Positions 49,998 through 60,702 of a DNA stretch of 64,000 nucleotides are shown here, one piece after another (within the stretch, counting starts at the first letter, position 1; each line of letters begins with the position of its first letter). Origin of the DNA: Nitrospirales bacterium (lineage in GTDB: Bacteria > Nitrospirota > Nitrospiria > Nitrospirales > UBA8639). Made by a program: the position numbers and the translations under genes. The stretch covers positions 3,232,001-3,296,000 of the forward strand of contig OY820905.2 in assembly GCA_963555755.3 (NCBI GenBank). Reading direction: 5' to 3'. The notes under the pieces are model-generated. The model saw only the letters and a list, made by a program, of their open reading frames with translations, was not told where the DNA came from and did not search any database.

Positions 49998-50092
49998 CTC
50001 TCGCTAGTTGCTCGTATCTCGTATTTCGTAAAAAAAAGAAGGCGATCGACGAGATACGTTTATTTCTTCCCGAGATACGCTTCACGCTTACG
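49998..50092. repeat. Degenerate heptamer arrays (cgagata and tcacgct types)
   Basis: ctcgtat ctcgtat ttcgta ... cgagatacg ... ttcacgc ttacgc. Confidence 0.6.
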
Positions 50093-51894
50093 CGCCGGGC
50101 CACCTCCGCCATAGTAGCCTCTTGGCTACGACGGCCGGGAGCGCTGCAGTGCGCAGGCACTAGATACTAGATGCATTTGTTTCTTCACCATCCAAGCTGT
50201 TTCGGTGATACCCAAAGAAATCCTCGATAATGAAATACACTGAGGGAAGGATGGTGAGAATAATCACGGTCCCGAATAAAATTCCAAACCCAAGTGAGAT
50301 GGCCATGGGAATAATGAATCGAGCCTGAAGCGCCGTCTCAAAGATCATCGGGGCTAATCCAAAGAATGTGGTCAACGATGTCAGGACAATGGGACGAAAA
50401 CGTTTCATGGCGCCTTGGACTATGGCTTCAATTAACGGCATATGTTCTTCATCACGAAGCTGATTGGTGGCAACAATCAACACCAATGAATCATTGATGA
50501 CCACACCAGCCAACGCAATGATCCCAAATAGACTGATAATGCTGAGCCCATAGCCCAGGAGGAAATGCCCGCCCACGGCGCCGATTATTCCGAAGGGAAT
50601 GCTGAGCATGACGATGAGTGGTTGCACGTAACTTCTAAACGGAATGGCCAACAGTCCATAGATGAGTAACATCGCCAAACTGAATCCTACCGCCAGGGCC
50701 GACAGCGATTCTTGCTGAGAGGCTCGTTGGCCTTCCAGCGAATAATTGAGGCCTGGATATTTTTTCTGTAAAGCCTCCAATTCATTCGCGGTGATTTCTC
50801 CAATAATGGTATTGGCATTAGAAGTTTTTTCATCCACGTCCGCGGTCACGGCCACGATACGGCGCCCGTCTCGGCGTTGTATTTCTGTGTAGGCATGTCC
50901 GGGTTCAATGTCGGCCGCTTCGGCCAGCGTGATCTCTCCGCCTTGTTCTGTCAGAAGTACCAACTGTTCCACCGTGTACAATGAACCGCGCTCCTCTTCG
51001 GGTAACCGAACCATCACTTTGACTTCATTGCGCCCGCGTTGTTGCCGAAGGGCTTCCACTCCGTAAAATGCGCCACGAACCTGGCGAGCCAAATCCATCG
51101 CATTCAAGCCGAGGCTTTGTGCCTCCGGTCTGATCTGAAAACTCATTTGTGCTTTTCCTCTAGACACGCCGTCATCGATATCCGCCACACCACTATAGTG
51201 CGAGAGGGCGGTGGCTAACTCCTGGGCCGCAGCTTCTAGAATGGGTCGTGAACGATGCGTGAGTTGAATATCAATGGGCGCACCGTCGGATGGACCAGTC
51301 TCCGCTTTAAACGTGAGAGACTCTAACCCTGGGATTGTCCCTATAAAATCACGCCAGTCATGGCTAAATTGACCGCCACTGACATTTCGTTGGTCTGCAG
51401 GGACCAGAAACACCATCATGCCCACCAGATGACTGCCGGCGGCGGCACCCGGAACAACCCCCGGGCCCAATCGAGGTAAGGGCGTTCCGATTTGGGCATA
51501 GATTCCCCGAAGAATTGAATCGCCGCCGTGCTTTTCGATGCTCGCCCTGGCTCCCTTCAGCATCTGTTGCAGGACTTCACGAGAGGATTCTATCGGCGCG
51601 CCATACGGCAAGGTGGCTTGGGCCATGATCAGTTCAGAATCAATCGCTGGCATAAAACTAAAGGGGATATGTCCACCCGCCACTGTGCCAAGGGCTAAAA
51701 TCAAGATGGCTAATCCAATCGCCAGGGTCAGGTATTTATTGGCAAGGACGACTCTGAGAAACGGTTGATATCGATCGTTGATAAAATGTTTCATGTGCCC
51801 GCTAAACCAGATACGGGGAGCATCCATGACATGCCAAAACCGTGATGCGCTCTTTGTGGCCGAGAGATGAGCCGGAAGGACAAATAACGATTCA

Positions 51895-52906
51895 TATGCC
51901 TTCCCATTTAACTAAGGTTGCTTCAGTTTATTGAATCCCAAGGGTTTTGAGCTGCTGGTCAGGATTTTCAACAAACTCTGGAAGGTACTCATTGGAGTCT
52001 CACGGCGGTTATAGCGAAAGACAAACTCATCAAGATAGTGTTGCAGGTATTTTGAATCCACTCCATGGTGAATCCCGTTCAGCCAGGTCTGCAGATTGCC
52101 GAACGCTCTATGGATGTGTGGAGCGTGCTTCCCAGCACTTGCTGGGTCACCCTGGGTCCGTCTCAGGTGTTCGTATCCTGCCAAGGCTTTTGCCGAGTAT
52201 CCCTTCCAACCATCGGACTTGATCTTACTGCCCTCAGCGACATGGCTATTGAGGAATGCTTTGATCTCGTTCTCTCCAGCGTCTTGAAGAATCGCTAATC
52301 GTAAACGCCCTGCTTTCTCTCGAAAGTGATCCCCTTGTGTGTACGTGACAATTTCTACGGCTCCGGCTATTAACGTCTTGGTTTTCGCTTTCGCGACGCC
52401 ACGGCCCGTTTTGCCTTTTACCGGTCCACCGATATGGGTTTCATCGGCTTCAACTGTTCCTGCGAGCCGTTCACGGTTCTGTCGTACCATTCCTCGTCGC
52501 AATCTGTGGAGCAAATACCAGGCGCTATCCACCTTCTTGATACTGAGTTGACGCTGCAATTGCACAGCACTGATGCCAGGTGTGTGCGTGGAGACGAAAT
52601 AGGCAGCCCAAAACCAAAGCCGTAGCGGCAAGTGCGATCTATGCATCACTGTGCCGCTTAGCGGTGATGTCTGTCTATGACACGACGAACACTCAAACCG
52701 GAAATATTTTTTGAGCCACCAACCACCGCGATGACCGCAAGCTGGACACATAAACCCGTCTGGCCACCGAATCGCCCGCAAGTACTCGAAGCACGCTTCT
52801 TCGGTGTGGAACCTAACAGAAAAATCCAAGATATCAGCAGCATACCCTGTGTCCATAGTCCAGCAGACTAGTCTAGGGACTAACCTTAGTCAAATGGGAA
52901 GGCATA
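51895..52906 (-). mobile_element. IS1595-family insertion sequence (1012 bp)
   Basis: TIR TATGCCTTCCCATTT.ACTAAGGTT; 8-bp TSD ACGATTCA at 51887-51894 and 52907-52914. Confidence 0.93.
51912..52856 (-). CDS. IS1595-family transposase
   Basis: Zn ribbon RWPDGFMCPAC..CSSC; VEADET, SDGW, YLDEFVFRYNRR. Confidence 0.95.
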   Translation of the reverse strand: MDTGYAADILDFSVRFHTEEACFEYLRAIRWPDGFMCPACGHRGGWWLKKYFRFECSSCHRQTSPLSGTVMHRSHLPLRLWFWAAYFVSTHTPGISAVQLQRQLSIKKVDSAWYLLHRLRRGMVRQNRERLAGTVEADETHIGGPVKGKTGRGVAKAKTKTLIAGAVEIVTYTQGDHFREKAGRLRLAILQDAGENEIKAFLNSHVAEGSKIKSDGWKGYSAKALAGYEHLRRTQGDPASAGKHAPHIHRAFGNLQTWLNGIHHGVDSKYLQHYLDEFVFRYNRRETPMSTFQSLLKILTSSSKPLGFNKLKQP

Positions 52907-54364
52907 ACGATTCAATTAAGGACACGACAAAGACGGCTACGACCACTGCGGGTATTTGCCGTATAAAATTCCCCATGGTGCCAGGCACAAAAAACAAAGG
53001 GAGAAACGCCACAATGTTGGTCAACACCGCAAAGATAATCGGGCTTGAAATTTCACGCGCCCCGGCAATGGCTGCTTGAAGAAATGGCAGGCCTTCTTCG
53101 CGTTTTTGATACACGATTTCTCCTGCCACCACCGCATCATCCACAATGATCCCCAGCGTGATGATAAAGGCAAACAGGGAAATCATGTTGATCGACGCGC
53201 CCGTCAAGGGGATAAACAAGAACGAACCGATGATGGAGGTCGGCAATCCAACCGTCACCCAAAAGGCGAGTTTGAGATCTAAAAATAAACCCAAGAGCAA
53301 CAAGACCAAGATCAATCCGATACCGGCATTCTTGAGCAATAATTGCATCCGATCACGATAGATTTCCGATTGATCATTCCATACAGCCAGACCGATACCT
53401 GCAGGCAACTCGGCCTGAAATTCATTAATGTAATCATGCACGTTATCAGAGACGGACTGTGGCGATTCATTTCCGGTATGGTAGACTTTGACCTGAAGGG
53501 CTCGTTGCCCGTTGTAGAAGGCTTCTTCGTCCGTGTCTTCGAAACCGTCCGTAATCGTGGCAATATCTTCCAGCCGAATGGTTGCGCCATCGGCGGTGGA
53601 CACAACGGGAATCTCCGCATATTCTCGCCCAAAATCGCGTCGCTCTTGGGTGCGAAGCAAGACTTCACCACTCGTGGTTTTGACCCCGCCGCCTGGCAAT
53701 TCAATGGCCGCTTCTCGAATTTCCTCTGCGATACGATCGAGTGTGAGGCCATACGCGCGAAGATGGCGTTGCGGCACTTCAATGGAAATCTCCCGCGGAC
53801 GGGCAACGCCTAATTCCACCAGGGTAATATTGGATCGCTGTAGTAAATCGTCACGAATGCGTTCGGCGACGTCCCGGAGGATCTGTTCCTCCTGATCGCC
53901 ATAGACCATAAGCGTCAAGACCTGATGACGCACTTCCACCAGACTGATAATGGGTTCTTCTGCTAGCTCGGGAAACGATTGAATGCTTTCGACTTCGTTG
54001 TTCACGTCCTGCAGAACGCTATTCGTATTGACTCCGTTCAGCAGCTCGATTTGGATTAACGCGCGGCCTTCGCTCGCGGTTGAGGTGACGGTTTTCACGC
54101 CATCCAGGCCGCGCACCGTGTCTTCAATGGACAGCACAATGCCTTGTTCGACTTCCTCAGGGCTGGCGCCGGGATAGGCCATGGACACTCGGATCACATC
54201 GACCTCGAATTGGGGAAACACTTCCTGTTTGACCTGTGTGCTGACGAGCAATCCGCCCAGAATAAAAATGACCATCACGAGATTCGCCGCGACCGTATGG
54301 CGAGCCATCCAGGCAATGGGACCGGAAGGAATAGGATGTTGGTTGCCGGAGGTCATAAGTGGGC

Positions 54365-55648
54365 TTATTCGCTTGGGGATTTTGAAGAGGTCGATGGAGT
54401 GTCAGTGTCAGACGAAACGGGTTTTGGCAGAGAAGGCTTTTTAGCGGACTCGACTAATAGGCCGGGAATCGCCGCGGATAATTGACTCGTAATAATCTGA
54501 TCGCCTTCCTCAACGCCATGGCCTATGAGAACCGAGTCTTTTCGAGACAAGACGATCTCGACGGAACGAATTTCCAACTGATTGTTCGCATTTTTCACCC
54601 ACACACGGTTCCCTTCCCGAATGGTATTGCGAGGCAACACCACCACGTCATGGAGGAGAGGGCCTTCAATTTCGACCCGAACATATTCTCCCAATAACAG
54701 GGGACGGCGGTCAGCCTTGGCCGGTTCCAACTCAAGCGGATCAGGAATGGACACCAACACCTGGGCCATGCGACCGTTTGGTGTGACATCACCTAGAAGC
54801 TCTACCACTCTGCCGATTCGGACTACCGGTTCACCTTGACCAATTTCGCGAATGAGGTGGACGCGCGATCCAAGCCGTGTTCGTGAGCCAGGGCCAGGCC
54901 TCGGAATAGAAATCCATTTGAGTCGATGAATCGGAACACTCACCTGGGCTCGAAACTCATCAGTCCCCACGAGCGTGGCCATGGAACTTTGTGTGTTGAC
55001 CAATTGTCCCACTTCCACTGATTCGGATAGCACTAGGGAATTGAACGGAGCCCTCAGAATCGTCCGCTGTAAATCCAGCCGCGCTCTGGCCAGCCGGCTT
55101 TTGGCGGCTTTTAAGGCAATTTGTTTCTCTAGGAGGTGGGGCTGGCGAAGGGCTAATTGTTTACTCAGTTCACTGATTTCGCCGATCCTGGATTTTAACA
55201 ATTTCCATTCCCGTTGGGCCACCGCTTGGTTGCCAAGTTCGACTTTCAAATCAAATTCTGCCTTGGCCAATGAGGCTCGTTCTTCATCCACGGCAAATTG
55301 ATAATCGCGTGGATCGATTTGAAGCAACGCAACGCCCTTGGGAATGATCCCGCCTTTCACCAGATCGGGGTTTTGTTGAACCACAAGACCGCCGACCTCC
55401 GGTTGCACGGTGATTTGTTGATGAGCTTGAACCGTGCCAAATGCTGTGATCACCGCACGTTCGTCTTGCAGATGGGCCGTGAGCACTTCAACAAATGTGG
55501 CCGTATTCCCCCGTGACGTTTTTGGCACGCTGGGGCGACTGGCAATGAGTATCTGCGCACCAAGCACGGCGAGTATCAAAATTAGAATGGGTAGGACAAT
55601 TCGAAGAGCTTTGGATTTCTGCTCGGTCGAGAAGGAGGGTCCCTTCAT
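54365..55648 (-). CDS. RND periplasmic adaptor (membrane fusion protein)
   Basis: GTVQA..PEVGG, QIDPRDY, ILRAPF. Confidence 0.92.
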   Translation of the reverse strand: MKGPSFSTEQKSKALRIVLPILILILAVLGAQILIASRPSVPKTSRGNTATFVEVLTAHLQDERAVITAFGTVQAHQQITVQPEVGGLVVQQNPDLVKGGIIPKGVALLQIDPRDYQFAVDEERASLAKAEFDLKVELGNQAVAQREWKLLKSRIGEISELSKQLALRQPHLLEKQIALKAAKSRLARARLDLQRTILRAPFNSLVLSESVEVGQLVNTQSSMATLVGTDEFRAQVSVPIHRLKWISIPRPGPGSRTRLGSRVHLIREIGQGEPVVRIGRVVELLGDVTPNGRMAQVLVSIPDPLELEPAKADRRPLLLGEYVRVEIEGPLLHDVVVLPRNTIREGNRVWVKNANNQLEIRSVEIVLSRKDSVLIGHGVEEGDQIITSQLSAAIPGLLVESAKKPSLPKPVSSDTDTPSTSSKSPSE

Positions 55649-57102
55649 TGAAGCGTATCCTCCATCGCAATGTCTTGGGCGACGGGTTCCGGATTCCACC
55701 CCCCACCAATGGCTTTATAAACTTGGACCACTGCCACGAGTTGATCACGTTGGGTTTGGGCCAACGCAATCTCAGCATTAAATTGTTCCCGCTGTGCCAC
55801 TAAGACATCCAAATACCTCGCTTGGCCGTTGAGATATTCAAGTTGCGCAAGATGAAGCGCTTCCCGAGATACCTCAACCAGACGTTCTTCCGCCGATCGG
55901 ATCTCACGAGTTTTTTGATGAAGAATCAATGCGTCTTCTACTTCACGAAAGGCTTGTTGAATGGTTTGTTCGTAGGTAATAAGGGCCTGCTCCTGTTGGG
56001 CTTTGCTCACTTCCAGGTTCGCTCGATTTCGGCCGGCGTTAAAGATTGGCACGGTGATCGACGGGCCAAGAGCCCAAATGCGTGAGGATCCAATAAACAG
56101 ATCCGAGAATTCTAAACTTTGTGCGCCATAATTTCCTGTGAGACTGATCTGTGGGAAAAAGGCTGCTTTGGCCACCCCGATTTTGGCATTGGCAGCGACT
56201 AACTGTTGCTCGGCTTGTTGGATATCCGGACGTCGCTCAAGGAGCGCCGAAGGCAGCCCTGCGGGAACATTTGGAGGCAGGGTTTGATCACGCAAAGAAG
56301 ACCCGCGAACAATGGTTGTCGGATTCCGTCCGATGAGAATGCTGAGTTGATTTTCCTTCTGGCCTATTTGACGTTCGAGGTTAGGGATCACAGCCTGGGC
56401 GCGAGCCACTTCCTGATCCGCACGACGAATGTCCAGCGTCGAACTCTGCCCCATGAGCTTTCGCAACCGAATAATATCAACCGACTCCTGCCGGGTCTTG
56501 AGTGTGAGTTTGGCAATCTCAAGTTCTACATCCAACTCTTGAAGATCGAAATACGCCTGGGCCATATCACTGACGAGTGTCAGGACAACCGTTCGCTTCG
56601 CCCATTCTTGACCAAGCAACTCGGCTTGCGCCGCTTCCGTGGCTCGCCGAACCTTGCCCCATAAGTCAATTTCAAAGGAGAGGTCTACCGTGGCTTTGAA
56701 TTGATTCGTCGTAGGACCTTCACGATTCCCTCCTCCCTGGATACCGAATTGCCGAGCCACGGCCCCCGAGGTTTGGTTGCGTTGAAGACTCGTGTTGCCA
56801 TCAATCTGGGGAAACTGATCAGCCTGAGTCGCACCGAATTGGGCGCGAGCCTCTCGAACGCGTGAAATAGCCAAACGCAGATCCTTGTTTTCGATCAGGG
56901 CTGATCGAATGAGGGTCTTCAAATGAGCGTCCTGAAAGAGGTCCCACCATCCAAGGTCAGCTAAAGAAGCCTCATCAACCCGGGAGTCGACTTGTGCACG
57001 AAACGCTTGCGGATCGTCCACCACCGGACGTTCATAATCCGGCCCCAAGGCACACCCGGCCAATATACAAAGTGAGGCAATGATAAAAAGTAAACGATGC
57101 AT
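55645..57102 (-). CDS. RND outer membrane lipoprotein (NodT/OprM type)
   Basis: LAGC lipobox, EIDLWG, LLERRPDI, YKAIGGGW. Confidence 0.94.
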   Translation of the reverse strand: MHRLLFIIASLCILAGCALGPDYERPVVDDPQAFRAQVDSRVDEASLADLGWWDLFQDAHLKTLIRSALIENKDLRLAISRVREARAQFGATQADQFPQIDGNTSLQRNQTSGAVARQFGIQGGGNREGPTTNQFKATVDLSFEIDLWGKVRRATEAAQAELLGQEWAKRTVVLTLVSDMAQAYFDLQELDVELEIAKLTLKTRQESVDIIRLRKLMGQSSTLDIRRADQEVARAQAVIPNLERQIGQKENQLSILIGRNPTTIVRGSSLRDQTLPPNVPAGLPSALLERRPDIQQAEQQLVAANAKIGVAKAAFFPQISLTGNYGAQSLEFSDLFIGSSRIWALGPSITVPIFNAGRNRANLEVSKAQQEQALITYEQTIQQAFREVEDALILHQKTREIRSAEERLVEVSREALHLAQLEYLNGQARYLDVLVAQREQFNAEIALAQTQRDQLVAVVQVYKAIGGGWNPEPVAQDIAMEDTLQ

Positions 57103-57537
57103 GAATTCCTTCCAGATTATACTCCAGAAACCTAGTCGATTGCCGACACTTGCACAAGGGGATAAGGCTCAGTAGGAAGCGGCCCCCTGCTTTGCTGCCA
57201 AGGAATTAAATGTGACGAGTGGGGTTCCATGCTTTTATGACGAATTACAACGGTAATTTGAACGGCAGAGAGAGTCGTGGCAGGACAGAATGCGTCGTTG
57301 GCCCTCAGGGTCGAATTGGCGGAACAGCGAGGGCAGTCGTTCAAAGAAATACCCTGGTGAGACAGTATCGTTTGACTCCCACTTTGGAAAAGGGGAGAGA
57401 GATGAGGGGAAATTTTTTAAAAGGCACCAACCCGTCACGCGAAAAGCTTTTTTTATTGACAAGGACCAAGGTGTCTGCTACGAATGTTATCAGGTGATAG
57501 AGTGGTCACTTCGCTAATGTTTAAAGCGTGGATTCCG

Positions 57538-57588
57538 GGACAATGGGCGTCCTTCCCCAACGGGTTTTGGGAAAGGGCGTTTTTTTTT
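57538..57588 (+). terminator. Leader terminator 1 upstream of the NifA-like gene, overlapped by an ANTAR-like hairpin
   Basis: GGAC-AATGGGC-GTCC (7-nt loop) overlaps stem GCGTCCTTCCCCA/TGGGAAAGGGCGT followed by a T tract. Confidence 0.65.
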
Positions 57589-57678
57589 GGCCAAATGTGC
57601 TGGGAGCCAAATGCTGAGCGAATATGTTTTCCGAGGAATCTTAAAGATTCCTTGCCTTATTGGTCGATAAGATATGTA

Positions 57679-57750
57679 GGCAAAGGCGCCAGTTCAACCA
57701 GGGAAAAAGTCCTTCTTTATTTTCTGGTCAACTCAGGTGCCTTTTGTGTT
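57679..57750 (+). terminator. Leader terminator 2 overlapped by a canonical ANTAR hairpin
   Basis: GGC-AAAGGC-GCC (A1/G4 hexaloop); AAAGGCGCC-AGTT pairs with AACT-CA-GGTGCCTTT, then TGTGTTT. Confidence 0.65.
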
Positions 57751-57769
57751 TCGAGAATAAAAAGACACG

Positions 57770-58906
57770 ATGATTTCTCATCCTGAAATGACTCAACCCG
57801 ATTTGCTTGAACAGGTCGTGAGGGCGTTGACCGCTTTGGGCTCTCCTGAACGGCGAATCGATCGGGCGTTGACGTTGTTGGGGCATGAGCCAGTTAAACC
57901 GTTGAAAGGAGCAAAAGCCCCCAAAGCCATGCCGGTCCTGATTGGTAAGAGTCCGGTCATGGAGGTGTTACATGCGGCGATTCAACGGATCGCGAATACG
58001 CCTGCGACCGTCTTGATTCGTGGAGAAAGTGGGACCGGCAAAGAACTCGTGGCGCGAAGCCTCCATGTCTCCAGTCGTCGTGCGGGCAACCCATTTGTCG
58101 TGGTGCATTGTGCTGCCGTTCCGGAGACTCTGATCGAAACGACCTTGTTTGGTCATGAACGGGGCGCCTTCACGGGCGCCCATCGACTGAAAAATGGTCG
58201 ATTAGAGCAGGCGGCCGGGGGAACGTTATTTCTGGATGAGGTGGGGGATATTCCCCTTTCCACGCAGGTCAAACTCCTTCGTGTGCTTCAGGAAAAGGAG
58301 TATGAACGGGTGGGGGGAAGTGAGACGCTGAATGTCGATGTTCGTGTCATCGCGGCCACGCACCGGAATCTTGAAGCCATGATGCAAAGCAGAGAGTTTC
58401 GGGAAGATTTGTACTATCGTCTCAATGTCGTCCCGTTGGTCTTACCGCCGTTGCGTGATCGCAAGGAAGATGTGCCGTTGCTCATCCGGCACTTTTTGGC
58501 CAAGTTTGATCAAGAACCTCGCCGGGGTTTCGAATTGGCTCAATCCATGGTGGATCTCCTGAAGGCCTATCATTGGCCGGGCAATATCCGGGAGCTGCAG
58601 AATTGTGTTGAACGGCTGGTGGTCCTGTCCGATTCACCCATCATCGATGTTGATTCCATTCCAGATTCGCTTACTTCGTATTTTGAACATATGCGGGCCG
58701 CTCGCGCTCTTCCAAAAACCAAGCTTCCCCACGCGTCTGCTCAGCAAACCCTTCCGGCCCGGTTGGATGCGATCGAACGTGAGCGTCTTCGTGAAGCGCT
58801 CACCAAAACCGGGTGGGTCAAAGCCAAAGCCGCCAGGTTGTTGGGGATGACCACTCGCCAGATTTCTTATCGAATACAAAAGTATCACCTCGTCGAAGAA
58901 TCCTGA
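57770..58906 (+). CDS. NifA-like sigma54 activator lacking an N-terminal sensory domain
   Basis: [15 protein letters not shown]-terminal [23 protein letters not shown] resembles the NifA HTH; only about 55 aa precede the AAA domain. Confidence 0.88.
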   Translation: MISHPEMTQPDLLEQVVRALTALGSPERRIDRALTLLGHEPVKPLKGAKAPKAMPVLIGKSPVMEVLHAAIQRIANTPATVLIRGESGTGKELVARSLHVSSRRAGNPFVVVHCAAVPETLIETTLFGHERGAFTGAHRLKNGRLEQAAGGTLFLDEVGDIPLSTQVKLLRVLQEKEYERVGGSETLNVDVRVIAATHRNLEAMMQSREFREDLYYRLNVVPLVLPPLRDRKEDVPLLIRHFLAKFDQEPRRGFELAQSMVDLLKAYHWPGNIRELQNCVERLVVLSDSPIIDVDSIPDSLTSYFEHMRAARALPKTKLPHASAQQTLPARLDAIERERLREALTKTGWVKAKAARLLGMTTRQISYRIQKYHLVEES

Positions 58907-58916
58907 CGCGCTTCAG

Positions 58917-59345
58917 CCTAGAAACGGCAGTTGGGCGCAAAAAAGCCGAGTAAGATATTGGGGTGCATGGTGAAATACAAAAAGTCGTGGTCACCTCGGT
59001 GGTGATGAGACGTTTTTGTATTTTGCCAGGTGCGCTAAGGGTCCGTCACGAAATAACCGGGACAATTGGGAGGCCCAGATTTGTGATCGGGGCAAGGCGG
59101 GACGAGGGAGCCTAGCGGGGCTATGTGACCGAGGAGCAACGCCGCCCCGGGCCAAAGATGGGCCTCCCCGGAGGGCCGGACGCTTTTGGGCTCCGCCGGC
59201 GTCGCTCATCGCTTCCATACTCCCGGTATGCGCGCTTTTCGCTCCTTGGCTCGCTCCAAAATCGTCTCGGCCAATTGTACTGGTTATTTCGTGACGGACC
59301 CTGAGAGCTTGCGCGGACTTTTGTGATCCAACTGCCGATTCTAGG
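58917..59345. mobile_element. Family E element containing one family B MITE (59039-59301)
   Basis: Inverted sister of 27126-28059 with the same junction sequences but without D, C and A. Confidence 0.88.
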
Positions 59346-59398
59346 TTCAGGTCAGTTATTTTCTCACTGGTCCAACCTCCCTGAAAACCGAACAATTT

Positions 59399-59522
59399 TG
59401 TCGGGTTGTGAACAATAGAGTGTGCCATGAACAAGATTGTCCGTTTTACCTAGGCATTTTCATCAATAATCGTTTGCATTGTTGGAGATTGGTAGGTGTT
59501 TAGTTTTGGCAGGGTCCTTGCA
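59399..59522 (+). promoter_or_regulatory. NifA-type UAS (59399-59414) and sigma54 promoter (59506-59522) for nirC-nirA
   Basis: TGT-CGGGTTGTGA-ACA fits TGT-N10-ACA; TTGGCAGGGTCCTTGCA fits TGGC-N7-TTGC. Confidence 0.7.
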
Positions 59523-59603
59523 GAAAGATAATTAATGAATACTTTGATTGGTGAATCTTAAGAGAAAATAACACGGCATTGAACAGGTCGTGATCATCGA
59601 GCC

Positions 59604-59749
59604 CCACAATGCAGTGGTCTTGAGCGGATTATAAGCCTGATACCCAAACAATAAGTTCATCCTCTTTGCGAAAAAGAGGTGATTGGCAAAGACGCCATCA
59701 TTCCCAAGGTGGACCAAGAACGGTCCCTGGAAAATGATGGCGTTTTTTT
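59604..59749 (+). promoter_or_regulatory. ANTAR-type antitermination leader of nirC
   Basis: Hairpins CCAC-AATGCA-GTGG and TGGC-AAAGAC-GCCA; the second overlaps terminator ACGCCATCATT/AATGATGGCGT followed by a T tract. Confidence 0.7.
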
Positions 59750-59781
59750 ATGAAAATTTTGAAGGAAAGGAGACAAATACA

Positions 59782-60702
59782 ATGTATATGGAAGATCTGA
59801 AGCGGATGGCAGAGGTTTCAAGAAAGAAGGCGGAATACTGTCTAAACGCCCCGGGTGGATATTTTTTGTTGTCCGCCCTGGCGGGAATCTATTTAGGGTT
59901 GGGCATTTGTTTAATTTTTAGCGTTGGGGCGCCTTTTGCAGCGGAAGGGTCAGCCGCGTTGAAATTAGTGATGGGTGTCTCTTTTGGGGTTGCCCTGACA
60001 TTGGTGATCTTCGCGGGATCGGAACTGTTTACCGGTAATAATATGGTGTGCACGATTGGCGCTCTGTCCCGGGCTATAACCTGGAAACATGTTGGTTGGA
60101 TTTTTGCGTGGTCCTTTATCGGAAACCTCGTTGGCTCGTTAGCCGTGGCGTGGTTGATTGTGCAATCCGGAGTCATGGCCAAAGCTCCGCAAATGGATTT
60201 GTTGATGAAGGTCGCGGCCATGAAAATGTCTGCCTCTGCGTGGGAACTGTTTATTCGCGGAATCTTGTGCAACCTACTCGTGTGCCTCGCTGTATGGATG
60301 GCGGCACGAACGAAAAATGAAGCCGCAAAAATCATGCTGATCTTCTGGTGCCTGTTTGCCTTTATCGGAAGCGGGTTTGAACACAGCATTGCCAACCAAT
60401 CGCTGTTGGGCATGGCATTGTTCCTGCCACATGGGGAGGCTATCTCCTGGGGTGGGTTTGCGTGGAACCAAGTCTTTGTGGGACTGGGCAATATTATTGG
60501 GGGTGCCCTGTTGGTCGGCGGTGCCTATTGGCTAAGCAGCCCGTATCGAGTCACGGATGCCTCCACTATTCAATCTGAGTCGGTAGTCCTTGACAATGAA
60601 TCGATCGGGCATCCGACAGAAGTCTTATCGGCAGTAAGTCCGGTTGTGCCGGTGAACGCGGGATTTGTGGCAGAACTGAACCATGAACGAGGCGTGCGAT
60701 GA
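59782..60702 (+). CDS. nirC: Formate/nitrite transporter
   Basis: AGSELFTGN, GNLVG, RGILCNLLVCLA, GFEHSIAN; overlaps the nirA start. Confidence 0.92.
   Translation: MYMEDLKRMAEVSRKKAEYCLNAPGGYFLLSALAGIYLGLGICLIFSVGAPFAAEGSAALKLVMGVSFGVALTLVIFAGSELFTGNNMVCTIGALSRAITWKHVGWIFAWSFIGNLVGSLAVAWLIVQSGVMAKAPQMDLLMKVAAMKMSASAWELFIRGILCNLLVCLAVWMAARTKNEAAKIMLIFWCLFAFIGSGFEHSIANQSLLGMALFLPHGEAISWGGFAWNQVFVGLGNIIGGALLVGGAYWLSSPYRVTDASTIQSESVVLDNESIGHPTEVLSAVSPVVPVNAGFVAELNHERGVR

Larger units (their letters stand above)
50160..54356 (-). pseudogene. AcrB/AcrD/AcrF-family RND permease interrupted by IS1595
   Basis: Removing the IS and one TSD restores ...SLIESLFVLPAHLS...; GIIVDDA in the 5' half and RFRPIVLTSLTT in the 3' half. 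Confidence 0.93.

Noticed and set aside
57770..58906. Evidence of nitrogen fixation
   Set aside because: No nif structural genes; the context is nitrite assimilation.
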